A DNA stretch of 64,000 nucleotides, from assembly GCA_965218435.1 (NCBI GenBank), contig CBDCKW010000009.1:288001-352000 (forward strand). The letters run 5' to 3'. This document shows, piece after piece, positions 10,374-18,863 of this stretch. Within the stretch, counting starts at the first letter, position 1, and each line of letters begins with the position of its first letter. The notes beneath the pieces were generated by a model, which had not been told where the DNA came from, ran no database searches, and saw only the letters and a program-made list of their open reading frames with translations. Source of the stretch: Truepera sp. GTDB taxonomy: Bacteria > Deinococcota > Deinococci > Deinococcales > Trueperaceae. Both the position numbers and the translations under genes were made by a program.

Positions 10374-10478
10374 GTTGACCCTCCCTGTGACAGCTACGTG
10401 TTGATGATTAGGTTCGGATTTTTCAAACGACCGTAGCTTACGCTATTTGCCAAGTTTACGGTAGACGTAAGTACAGTG

Positions 10479-11798
10479 CTAAGGTGCGCGGCATACTTGC
10501 GCCGCTATGGTACCGGTTGTACCGGCCGGAACGTTGAGCGACACTTCTTTAAGGGGGCTGCTGATATTGCGGGAGAGCTCGAGGTAGTATTCACCATTGT
10601 TGCTAACCCGCGTCGAGCGGTCAACCGGAGCCGTATCTGCACTGCCGTCTTCGTACGTCGAGACGATCTCAAACTCTACTAAAGACAAGTCGGAAGCCTG
10701 TAAGTGTAGATAGTAGTTTTCGCCGAAGATGTCCGGATTTGTCGAGGTCAAGAGATTGACCGTTTCACCCGAGACTTCGGCGCTTCCCGAGACAAGCGCG
10801 GCTTCGGAACTGCAAGGACCGTATACTGATGGAATCATCTGACGAAAGGCGGTGTAGTCACCTTCTCTTTCGGTTATCGTCGCGTCACTCATACGGTATT
10901 CCCAAATGATCACCTTGGGGTTCGCGCCCTTGTCTCGCTTCAGCAAAAGGTCTTGCAACGCGATATCGAGCCCGCCCCCTGAGACCGAAGCGTTAAGAAT
11001 AGGTTGACCTAGAGCTTCGCTTAAAAAGCCGTCAAAATTATAGGTCTCAGTGCTAAAACTGCTACCTGCCAAGGCGACGACAGGCGTCTCTTGGGTAAAT
11101 AAATCCCCTTTGGTTAGTTCCTTGGTCGTGTACAAGTTGATCATTTCCAGCAGCTCACTTGGTAGGTCACCACATTTTTTTTCAATTGTTTCAAAAATTC
11201 TGTTGCTTCCTGGCTCGGTACCGGTCAGCGCAGTAGTAAACGCTGCACCGCCTGAGCGGGTGAGCGTTCGATAGGTAGGGTTCTCGCGCAGTACCTGCGC
11301 AACAGCTTGGGCCGAGGCCCGTGCGCCTTCAGGGGTCCAGTGCCGGTCGAGTTTCTGATGGTAACCAACTGTTTTGCCCTTTAACGTTTCAGCCGCGTCT
11401 AGGAGGTCAACTGCGACGATCGGCTCGAGTGACGCCACATAATCTCGGTAGTACGCGCTTGCCTCGGCCGCGTCAAACTCGATGTTCAGGGTTTCTAACG
11501 CTGGTTTATCGGTGACAACTTCACCATTTACCATTCCTCGTAGTGGGGTAGGCACGACGACGAGCAGCGTTCCGTCAGCCCCAAGTGTTTCGTTAAGCCT
11601 TTGCATCCAGGTTGTGAGCTCCCCTAAATCCTGACCATAGCGCAGGTCCGAACTGTAGTAAAATGAACCGTCGGTATTACGAGTAAGCGTTCCCGCCTCG
11701 TCACACAGCTCAAGCTGTGCTCGAGATAATGAGGTCATACCTGTTAAGGCTACCGCTACCAGCAAAGAACCCGAAAATCTAAACCGCTTCGCTTCCAT
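10479..11798 (-). CDS. algX: AlgX-like SGNH O-acetyltransferase (Sec signal peptide)
   Basis: LDRHWT, AGSSFS and IIWEY motifs; C-terminal domain like the other two paralogues; GGAGG RBS. Confidence 0.8.
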   Translation of the reverse strand: MEAKRFRFSGSLLVAVALTGMTSLSRAQLELCDEAGTLTRNTDGSFYYSSDLRYGQDLGELTTWMQRLNETLGADGTLLVVVPTPLRGMVNGEVVTDKPALETLNIEFDAAEASAYYRDYVASLEPIVAVDLLDAAETLKGKTVGYHQKLDRHWTPEGARASAQAVAQVLRENPTYRTLTRSGGAAFTTALTGTEPGSNRIFETIEKKCGDLPSELLEMINLYTTKELTKGDLFTQETPVVALAGSSFSTETYNFDGFLSEALGQPILNASVSGGGLDIALQDLLLKRDKGANPKVIIWEYRMSDATITEREGDYTAFRQMIPSVYGPCSSEAALVSGSAEVSGETVNLLTSTNPDIFGENYYLHLQASDLSLVEFEIVSTYEDGSADTAPVDRSTRVSNNGEYYLELSRNISSPLKEVSLNVPAGTTGTIAAQVCRAP

Positions 11799-12001
11799 CT
11801 GGTTTTTCTCCTCCCTAAAACAAGACTCGTGGGTAAACCCGAACTTTTGAGGTAGTTTTATGCTTTCAAGAGCTTAACGACACTAGCTCGATAAAAGCTT
11901 AAGACCTCCTAGCTGCTCTAACAAGTGCAAATGTGCTTTTAGAGGTCAACCGCAGCTAAGCTAAAAGATGTTTTGATTAAGCCGGGAGCGTAGACTAAAC
12001 C

Positions 12002-13279
12002 ATGCGCGCAGTTAACTTTATCGAGCAAAAAAGACGTGGTGAGGCCCATACCAAAGAAGTTTTGACCTCGTTTATCACAGACTATGTAGCGGGCCACGTT
12101 CCTGATTATCAGGTCGCAGCGTGGCTGATGGCGGTCTACCTTCAGGACCTGAACCCAGAGGAAACCGCTGATTTGACCCTAGCGATGGCACATTCCGGCG
12201 ACGTTTTAGACCTCTCGAGCCTCCCCAACACCGTTGATAAACACTCGACGGGTGGGGTAGGCGACAAAACCAGTTTGGTGCTTGCGCCGCTGTTAGCCGC
12301 GTGCGGCGCGACGGTGGCCAAGATGAGCGGGCGCGGGCTCGGGCATACGGGCGGCACCGTGGACAAGCTCGAGAGCATCCCCGGTTTTCGCGCTGAGCTT
12401 TCAGAACGTGCGTTTTACGCTCAAGCTAAAGATATTGGCGTTGTGATTACCGGGCAGTCAAAAGATTTAGCGCCAGCAGACGGGCTCTTGTACACCCTCC
12501 GCGACGCGACCGGAACGGTCGGCTCATTGCCCTTAATCGCCGCGTCAATTATGAGCAAAAAGCTGGCAGGCGGGGCACAAACCATCGTTTTAGACGTCAA
12601 AGTCGGTAACGGTGCGTTTATGAAAACGCTCGCTGAGGCGCAGGCGTTGGCGCACACGATGCAAGATATCGGCGTCCGTGCGGGGCGAAATGTCCGGGTG
12701 CTCCTGACCGCTATGTCCGAGCCGCTCGGTTTGGCCGTGGGCAACGCCCTCGAGGTCACCGAAGCGGTGCGCACCCTGCAAGGGGAAGGCCCGAATGATC
12801 TGCTCGAGCTTTCCCTAACTTTGGCTGAACAAGGGCTGACGGCAGCGGGCTTGGACGGAGACCGAGGGAAGCTAGAAGAGGCGATCTCGAGCGGGCGTGC
12901 TTTTGAGCAGTTTACGGCTTGGATTGCGGCGCAGGGCGGCGATGTGGGTGCGTTGGAAAGGCTCGAGACGGCCCCCGAACAGCACCTTTTACGCGCCGAG
13001 AAAAGTGGCTTTGTCGCTGGACTCGGGGCGCTTGCGATTGGACAAGCGGTCAAAGTTTTAGGTGGCGGACGGGCACAAAAAGGCGATGTGATAGACCCCG
13101 GCGTCGGCGCTGTACTCCACGCCAAAGTCGGCGCTCAGGTAAGCCGTGGGGAACCGCTCCTGACGCTCTACCACCGGGGTAGAGGTTTGGAGGAAGCGTT
13201 GACACTTTTAGAAGGTACTGTGGTAATTTCAGAGACGCCGACCAAAGCGCCGCCGCTTATCTTAGCAACGCCCCGGTAG
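12002..13279 (+). CDS. pdp: Pyrimidine-nucleoside/thymidine phosphorylase
   Basis: DKHSTGGVGDK, KMSGRGLGHTGGT and SIMSKK motifs. Confidence 0.95.
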   Translation: MRAVNFIEQKRRGEAHTKEVLTSFITDYVAGHVPDYQVAAWLMAVYLQDLNPEETADLTLAMAHSGDVLDLSSLPNTVDKHSTGGVGDKTSLVLAPLLAACGATVAKMSGRGLGHTGGTVDKLESIPGFRAELSERAFYAQAKDIGVVITGQSKDLAPADGLLYTLRDATGTVGSLPLIAASIMSKKLAGGAQTIVLDVKVGNGAFMKTLAEAQALAHTMQDIGVRAGRNVRVLLTAMSEPLGLAVGNALEVTEAVRTLQGEGPNDLLELSLTLAEQGLTAAGLDGDRGKLEEAISSGRAFEQFTAWIAAQGGDVGALERLETAPEQHLLRAEKSGFVAGLGALAIGQAVKVLGGGRAQKGDVIDPGVGAVLHAKVGAQVSRGEPLLTLYHRGRGLEEALTLLEGTVVISETPTKAPPLILATPR

Positions 13280-13284
13280 TCGGG

Positions 13285-13674
13285 ATGGGTGCGCTTTATC
13301 TGCCCCCAGCCCTCTTACAAGACATTCGCGCTCACGCCGCTGAAACTGCGCCTGAAGAGTGTGTCGGCTTGCTTTTTGGCCAAGCTCAACAGGTCTCGAG
13401 AACACGCCGCCTGACGAACGCTGCTAAAAGCCCGCAAACTCGGTTTTTTGCCCTGCCGCAAGAGCTTTTAGCTGCCTTTGCGGAGGCTGATGACCTTAGT
13501 GAACAGGTTTTAGGAAGCTATCATTCACACCCTCAGAGCGACGCGTGGCTCTCTCCATCTGACCTTGCTGGAGCGCAAGCGGGCGCGGTTCAACTGATCG
13601 TCGGGCAAGATACAGTGCGGGCCTTCTGTATGCAGGGCGGTGTAGGGACTGAACTCGAGCTCAAGCTGCTGTAG
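13285..13674 (+). CDS. JAB/MPN+ (JAMM, M67) metalloprotease
   Basis: PEECVG plus YHSHP-x7-SD JAMM motif. Confidence 0.9.
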   Translation: MGALYLPPALLQDIRAHAAETAPEECVGLLFGQAQQVSRTRRLTNAAKSPQTRFFALPQELLAAFAEADDLSEQVLGSYHSHPQSDAWLSPSDLAGAQAGAVQLIVGQDTVRAFCMQGGVGTELELKLL

Positions 13675-13724
13675 GCTGTTTTACTGGTGCCGAGGCGCGT
13701 GTTAAGAATAACGTGGAGGCGCAA

Positions 13725-14351
13725 ATGAAGATACTCGTAGCAGGAGCGAGCGGTAAAACCGGGCGTTTGGTAGTGGAGCAACTTTTGGCGCGGGGAGAGC
13801 AGGTCAAGGCGCTCGTCAGGCGAGAAGACGCGGCGACGGAGTTAGCGGCGCTCGGCGCGGAAACGGTCGTCGCCGACCTCACCGGCGGCGCTACTCATAC
13901 TTTATCGGGGTGTGACGCGGTTGTCTTTGCAGCCGGGGCCGGGATGAGCGGCGACCCGGAAGATGTAGACAACCGGGGTGCAGTCAAACTTTTGGAAGCG
14001 GCGGAGGCGCAGGGCGTCTCCCGGTTTGTGATGATCTCTTCGCTTGGGACGGGTTACGCGGAGCGGATGCCGGAGATGCTGGGGCCTTATTTGCAGGCTA
14101 AACACAAAGCTGAACAGGCGCTCGAGGCGAGCACGCTGGTCTACACCATCGTCAAACCAGGCGGCCTCACCGACGTTGCCGGAACGGGCAACGTGACCGT
14201 TGCTCCGATCTTAAACCAGAGCGGCATGATCCCTCGGGCCGACGTTGCCGCCGTCGTGGTTGAAGTTCTTTTAGCTGACCTCGTTATCAACACCTCGTTC
14301 GAGGTCGTCAGCGGCGACACGTCGATTTCTGAGGCGCTTGCTACGCTGTAA
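13725..14351 (+). CDS. Atypical SDR, NAD(P)-binding protein
   Basis: GASGKTG Rossmann motif, YLQAK, IPRADVA; GGAGG RBS. Confidence 0.9.
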   Translation: MKILVAGASGKTGRLVVEQLLARGEQVKALVRREDAATELAALGAETVVADLTGGATHTLSGCDAVVFAAGAGMSGDPEDVDNRGAVKLLEAAEAQGVSRFVMISSLGTGYAERMPEMLGPYLQAKHKAEQALEASTLVYTIVKPGGLTDVAGTGNVTVAPILNQSGMIPRADVAAVVVEVLLADLVINTSFEVVSGDTSISEALATL

Positions 14352-14353
14352 GG

Positions 14354-15163
14354 GTGTTCGGTAAAGCTCAACTCGACCGCTACAGTCGCCAAATCATCTT
14401 GCCCGGTGTCGGCGCGGCGGGTCAGCAAAAGCTGCTAGACGCTCGAGTTCTCGTCGTCGGCGCGGGTGGGTTGGGCTCGCCGGTTTTGCTCTATCTAGCT
14501 GCGGCAGGCGTCGGGACGCTCGGCGTCGTAGACGACGACCGCGTAGAACTGAGCAATTTGCAGCGGCAAATGCTCCACAGCGTTGAGACGCTAGGCATCA
14601 AAAAGGTTGACTCGGTGAAAGAACGCTTGGCGGGGCTCAATCCGGAGGTAAGGCTCGAGCCTTACCCCACCCGCTTAACCGCTCAAAACGCGCTCGAGCT
14701 GCTCTCACCCTATGACCTCATCATTGACGGGTCGGACAACCTGCCGACGCGTTACCTTGTTTCGGACGCCTGCGTGCTGCTCGGCAAGCCGCTGCTTTAC
14801 GGCGCGATGTCGCAGTTTGAAGGACAGCTAAGTTTGCTGCACGTCCCTGAAAGTGACGCGTGGGGACCCTGCTACCGCTGCCTCTACCCGGAGCCGCCCC
14901 TGGCTGACACGGTGCTGAGCTGCGCTGAAGGCGGCGTCTTTGGTGCGTTGCCGGGCGTGATCGGTAGCCTGATGGCGACCGAAGCGATCAAACATATTGT
15001 GGGTTTGAGCGAGCATAAGACGGCTAAACTGACGCACTACGACGCCCTCTCTAGCGGGTTTCAGAGCATCAAACTGAGGCGTAACCCAGCGTGCCCCAGC
15101 TGCGGCGACGCGCCGAGTCTTCACGCGCTAGAGGATGCAGAAACATTCTGTAAAGTTACCTAA
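14354..15163 (+). CDS. moeB: MoeB/ThiF/TtuC-type E1-like adenylyltransferase (no rhodanese domain)
   Basis: RYSRQI, GAGGLG, SNLQRQ, CYRC and CPSC Zn sites, active-site SCAEGG. Confidence 0.9.
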   Translation: MFGKAQLDRYSRQIILPGVGAAGQQKLLDARVLVVGAGGLGSPVLLYLAAAGVGTLGVVDDDRVELSNLQRQMLHSVETLGIKKVDSVKERLAGLNPEVRLEPYPTRLTAQNALELLSPYDLIIDGSDNLPTRYLVSDACVLLGKPLLYGAMSQFEGQLSLLHVPESDAWGPCYRCLYPEPPLADTVLSCAEGGVFGALPGVIGSLMATEAIKHIVGLSEHKTAKLTHYDALSSGFQSIKLRRNPACPSCGDAPSLHALEDAETFCKVT

Positions 15164-15266
15164 GTGGTTTTTAATTCTCTCAAAAATCTAAGAACACCTT
15201 CGTCCACATGGTAGCTTGACCTGATACTTGCCCGGCGCTTGAGCGTTCGGGCCGATGAGGTGAAGT

Positions 15267-16271
15267 GTGCATAAAATCTTACTGATTCCCGGCGACGGGA
15301 TTGGGCTCGAGGTCATCCCCGCTGCTGAAAAATTGCTCAAGGCAACCGGGTTACTTTTAGAGCTGAGCTACGGCGACGCGGGTTGGGACACCTTTCAAAA
15401 AACTGGCAACAGCGTGCCTGACGAAACACTAGAAAAGGTCAAGGCTGCCGACGCGACGCTTGCCGGGGCGTTTACGAGCCCGAGCGGGAGTCAAAAGGTA
15501 CCGGGGTTTCACGGCGCGATTCGTTATCTGCGGCGGACGCTCGACCTGTTTGCCAACCTTCGCCCCGCTAAATCACGGCCGATTCCGGGGTCGCTCCAAA
15601 ATGTTGACATGCTGATGGTCCGTGAAAACACGCAAGGGCTCTACGTCGAGCAAGAACGGCGTTACGGCGACGTAGCGATTGCCGACTGTGTGATCTCCAA
15701 AGGTGCGTCGGAGCGGATTGCGCGGGTGGCGCTACAAGAAGCGGAGAAGCGGCGTCAAGAACTCGCGGTCATTCATAAGGCGAACGTGTTGCCGCTGACG
15801 ACGGGGCTGTTTCTCGAGACCGCCTTAGACGTTGCCCAAGAATTTCCTGACATTCACGCCTACGACATTATCGTAGACGCCGCTGCGATGAAGCTCGTCC
15901 GTGACCCACAGAGCTTCGATGTCCTGGTTACGACCAACTTGTTCGGTGACATCTTATCTGACCTGATGGCCGGACTCGTCGGCGGTCTAGGGCTTGCGCC
16001 GAGCGCCAACTTAGGCGAGCAGCACGCCATTTTTGAACCCGTTCACGGTAGCGCCCCCGACATCGCCGGACGCGGGATTGCAAACCCTGCGGCAACCTTT
16101 TTGACTGCTGCGCTGATGTTTAGCCATTTGGGAGAGGCAGAAGTGGCTGCTAAAATTGACCGCGCTGTTGACCAGGTGTTAGCAGATGGACCACGTACCG
16201 GCGACTTGGGCGGAAATGCGACGACGGCAGAGTTTACGGACGCAGTGATTGACGCGTATACCCACCTTTAG
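15267..16271 (+). CDS. hicdh: Homoisocitrate dehydrogenase (alpha-aminoadipate lysine pathway)
   Basis: Closely resembles Thermus HICDH ([45 protein letters not shown]). Confidence 0.9.
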   Translation: MHKILLIPGDGIGLEVIPAAEKLLKATGLLLELSYGDAGWDTFQKTGNSVPDETLEKVKAADATLAGAFTSPSGSQKVPGFHGAIRYLRRTLDLFANLRPAKSRPIPGSLQNVDMLMVRENTQGLYVEQERRYGDVAIADCVISKGASERIARVALQEAEKRRQELAVIHKANVLPLTTGLFLETALDVAQEFPDIHAYDIIVDAAAMKLVRDPQSFDVLVTTNLFGDILSDLMAGLVGGLGLAPSANLGEQHAIFEPVHGSAPDIAGRGIANPAATFLTAALMFSHLGEAEVAAKIDRAVDQVLADGPRTGDLGGNATTAEFTDAVIDAYTHL

Positions 16272-16312
16272 CGAAAGGTAGTAGGTATTTATCTGGTTTG
16301 AGACAGTCTGAG

Positions 16313-17360
16313 TAAATCATCTGCGAAATAAGTACACGATCAGAATAAAGTAGCTAGGCTTAGAGAAAGGGTTTAAGTCGGCTTACCAAGCCAGAGCATC
16401 TAACTTTCTGAAGTTATGAAGCCCCGCGATAGCTAAGAAAGTGTCATCATAAACAGCTTTTGGGCCTCGGTAGATACCCGCTAAGAGCTTAAAGCGTTTC
16501 AAGTGAGCCAGTGTGTGCTCGACAGGAAAACGCAGGCTGTTTTGAACTTTGTTGAGGCATTTCTGGATGAAGTCCAGGGGTTTGTTTCTTCTAGCTTTGC
16601 TGGGCTGATGGAAGGTTCTATGGGGAAAATCCTTATCAATACCGTCATATCCTTTGTCCACTCGGACCTCGGTAGCCGTAGGTAAAGCTCGTAACACCCC
16701 GGTACCTCTAAGGACGTTGACGTCGCTGAATTTGCCTGGTAAAGAACGTGTCACATGAAGGATAAGCTTTGTGTTGGTGGCAGTGATTTGGGTCTTGAGC
16801 GTATGTCGCTTTTTCTTACCTGAATACTTGTCTCTGCGTTCTTGCTTGTCTTTGGGTTTCTGGATTTCTTGCTCGGTAGCATCAACCAAGACTTCCTTGA
16901 ACTCAGGATGCTGCTCAAGCAGTTCTTCTAGGCTTGCGATACGCTTTCTTTTAGCTTGACCAAAAAGAACTGTCTCGTGCGCTGGTAAGGGGAGAACCTC
17001 AAGTAGTACAGGTCGAAGTTTGCTGATCAAACGGCTGACGTTACTATCATCCAAGTTGAATAAGTAGCCTAGTAGCAGCTGGGTCAGGTACAAACGGTAA
17101 TACAGCAGCACCCCTAAAACCTGATCCTCTACCCCTAGTTCTGCCTTGCGTCCCCCGCCTACTGCACGTTGACGTAATTTGCCCTGGGTGCCTTTTGGTT
17201 CGGCAAGGCGTACTTCGACCGCTTTACTAAGCAACTTGAACTGCTCGACGCTTAAACCTGTGAAGTTATACAGATGCTTGGGCTTTCTCTTTAAGCGGCT
17301 CGCTTTCATCCTGCTAGTTTAGTCCTTTGACTCCTTCGGCGCTATTTCGCAGATGATTTA
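16313..17360 (-). mobile_element. IS5-family (ISL2-like) insertion sequence, about 1.05 kb
   Basis: Perfect inverted repeat TAAATCATCTGCGAAATA at 16313-16330 and 17343-17360; outer TA may be the target duplication; lower GC; encloses a transposase. Confidence 0.9.
16383..17309 (-). CDS. DDE transposase (HTH_Tnp_4 + DDE_Tnp_4-like)
   Basis: VDATEQ, YSGKKKRHTLK, VDKGY and R..VEH....LK motifs. Confidence 0.9.
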   Translation of the reverse strand: MKASRLKRKPKHLYNFTGLSVEQFKLLSKAVEVRLAEPKGTQGKLRQRAVGGGRKAELGVEDQVLGVLLYYRLYLTQLLLGYLFNLDDSNVSRLISKLRPVLLEVLPLPAHETVLFGQAKRKRIASLEELLEQHPEFKEVLVDATEQEIQKPKDKQERRDKYSGKKKRHTLKTQITATNTKLILHVTRSLPGKFSDVNVLRGTGVLRALPTATEVRVDKGYDGIDKDFPHRTFHQPSKARRNKPLDFIQKCLNKVQNSLRFPVEHTLAHLKRFKLLAGIYRGPKAVYDDTFLAIAGLHNFRKLDALAW

Positions 17361-17447
17361 GTGAATAAGCCGTAGCTTGGCGCGTACATTCTGGGATGAT
17401 ACTTGCGAGAACCTGGCTCAGTAACTGCAACGCTACATGGTCAAACT

Positions 17448-17482
17448 AAAAACGGGCAGGTCGGCTTTACGCTACCTGCCCG
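17448..17482 (-). terminator. Intrinsic terminator of greA
   Basis: cgggcaggt/acctgcccg stem with A-tract on + (U-tract on -). Confidence 0.75.
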
Positions 17483-17510
17483 CGGCTTATTGCGACCTTG
17501 GCCGCTCGAG

Positions 17511-17987
17511 TTACTCGACGCTTACGTTGACGACGGTGTACTGCGTCTGCTTACGCCCCATCTTAAGCTTGATGTGGTCGCCGCTCCGCCGACCGAGCAG
17601 TTGGCGGCCCAGCGGGGACTCGTCCGAGATGCGGTTGTCCAAAATGTCCGCTTCGTGCGTGCCGACGAGCTGATAGGTAACTTGAGCTCCCGCTTCGTCT
17701 TCTAGCACGAGACTTGCGCCGAGCCGAGCAACCGCCTCTTCACCGGCCTTGGCTTCAACGACTACGGCGCGGTGAATGATCTCTTCTAGGTCGGCAATCC
17801 GCGCTTCGTTGGCGCTCTGCTCCATCCGGGCCTCGTCGTAGGCGGCGCTTTCGCGGAGGTCGCCGTCGGCGATGGCGGTGCCCATATTATCTGAAATCTG
17901 CTGCCGTTTGACCTCGACTAAGTACTTGAGTTCTTCTTTGATCTTTTCAAACCCCTGCGGGGTAAGCTGTACGGGTTTTTTTGTCAT
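17511..17987 (-). CDS. greA: Transcription elongation factor GreA
   Basis: GDLRESAAYDEA acidic tip; ISDESPLG. Confidence 0.9.
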   Translation of the reverse strand: MTKKPVQLTPQGFEKIKEELKYLVEVKRQQISDNMGTAIADGDLRESAAYDEARMEQSANEARIADLEEIIHRAVVVEAKAGEEAVARLGASLVLEDEAGAQVTYQLVGTHEADILDNRISDESPLGRQLLGRRSGDHIKLKMGRKQTQYTVVNVSVE

Positions 17988-18199
17988 GATGCAACCTTTC
18001 GATCATATTGGCCCAAGACATATTGGCCTTAGACCACAACAGGTCATTATACAGGCCACCACAAGGCGCTCGGGCTCCTTTGCAAAGGCGACGTATAGAA
18101 CAGCCTAAAGGCCGCGAAGTGGTATAAGATACCCGCCATTAGGTAGGTAGACACCTAGATTAATAGGCGCTGAGATAATAGGCACTAAGGAGGCCAACT

Positions 18200-18664
18200 G
18201 TGACGCAAACGGTTCAGCTGACGAAAAAGGGGCTCGAGAGACTTCAGTTACAGCTCAGAGACGAACAGGGGCGGCTCGAGGAGGCGACGAGCATCTTACA
18301 AGAGCTGACGAGCTCGTCAGACGATTACGAAGATTCGGGGCTCGAGGACGCACGCGTTGAAAAAGCGCGGCTCGAGGCGCGGGTGGACGACCTCGAAGAC
18401 CAGCTTCGCCGCGCCGTGGTGATCCCTGACCACGCCCGCACCCAAGCAGATTTAGGCTCGGTGGTCACGCTCAAAAGCGGCGCGGAAACGCTCTCGGTTC
18501 AGCTTGTCTCGCCTGTTGAAGCTGGGATTGCCGAAGAAGACATTCCGCATATCTCGGACGCTTCACCGCTCGGTAAGGCCCTCCTCGGGCGCAAAGTCGG
18601 GGAAAAGTTTGGCGTCAAGACCAGCCGTGGCATGACCGAATACGAGGTGCTCGAGCTTCACTAG
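18200..18664 (+). CDS. gfh1: Gfh1, Gre-homologous RNA polymerase inhibitor
   Basis: LQEL..SSDDYEDSGLE.A..EKAR.EAR matches the Thermus Gfh1 pattern; ISDASP; AAGGAGG RBS. Confidence 0.85.
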   Translation: MTQTVQLTKKGLERLQLQLRDEQGRLEEATSILQELTSSSDDYEDSGLEDARVEKARLEARVDDLEDQLRRAVVIPDHARTQADLGSVVTLKSGAETLSVQLVSPVEAGIAEEDIPHISDASPLGKALLGRKVGEKFGVKTSRGMTEYEVLELH

Positions 18665-18863
18665 CTTCTGCTGAGCGTCTACCGTCAGCTGGCAGCGTCT
18701 GCCGTGTGCGCTCCCGAAAAAGTCAGAATTCAGCATACAGAAGTCAGAAGTGAGCGGCTTGGCAAAGATGAGAGCGAACGTCAGCCTATCTTCGCGTACC
18801 CAGCTTCTTGAAAGCTACTTTTAAGGATGCTGGGACACGCAAAACTGCGGGGTAGACTGACGT

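Noticed and set aside
13285..15163. JAB+E1 as CBASS/Bil-type antiphage ubiquitin-like defence
   Set aside because: No E2, cyclase or effector; the E1 is MoeB-like and the context is housekeeping
15267..16271. Calling this gene leuB or icd
   Set aside because: The substrate-loop sequence matches Thermus homoisocitrate dehydrogenase better
18721..18753. Heptamer-like cagaagt repeats between gfh1 and lysS
   Set aside because: Too short and degenerate to tell from chance
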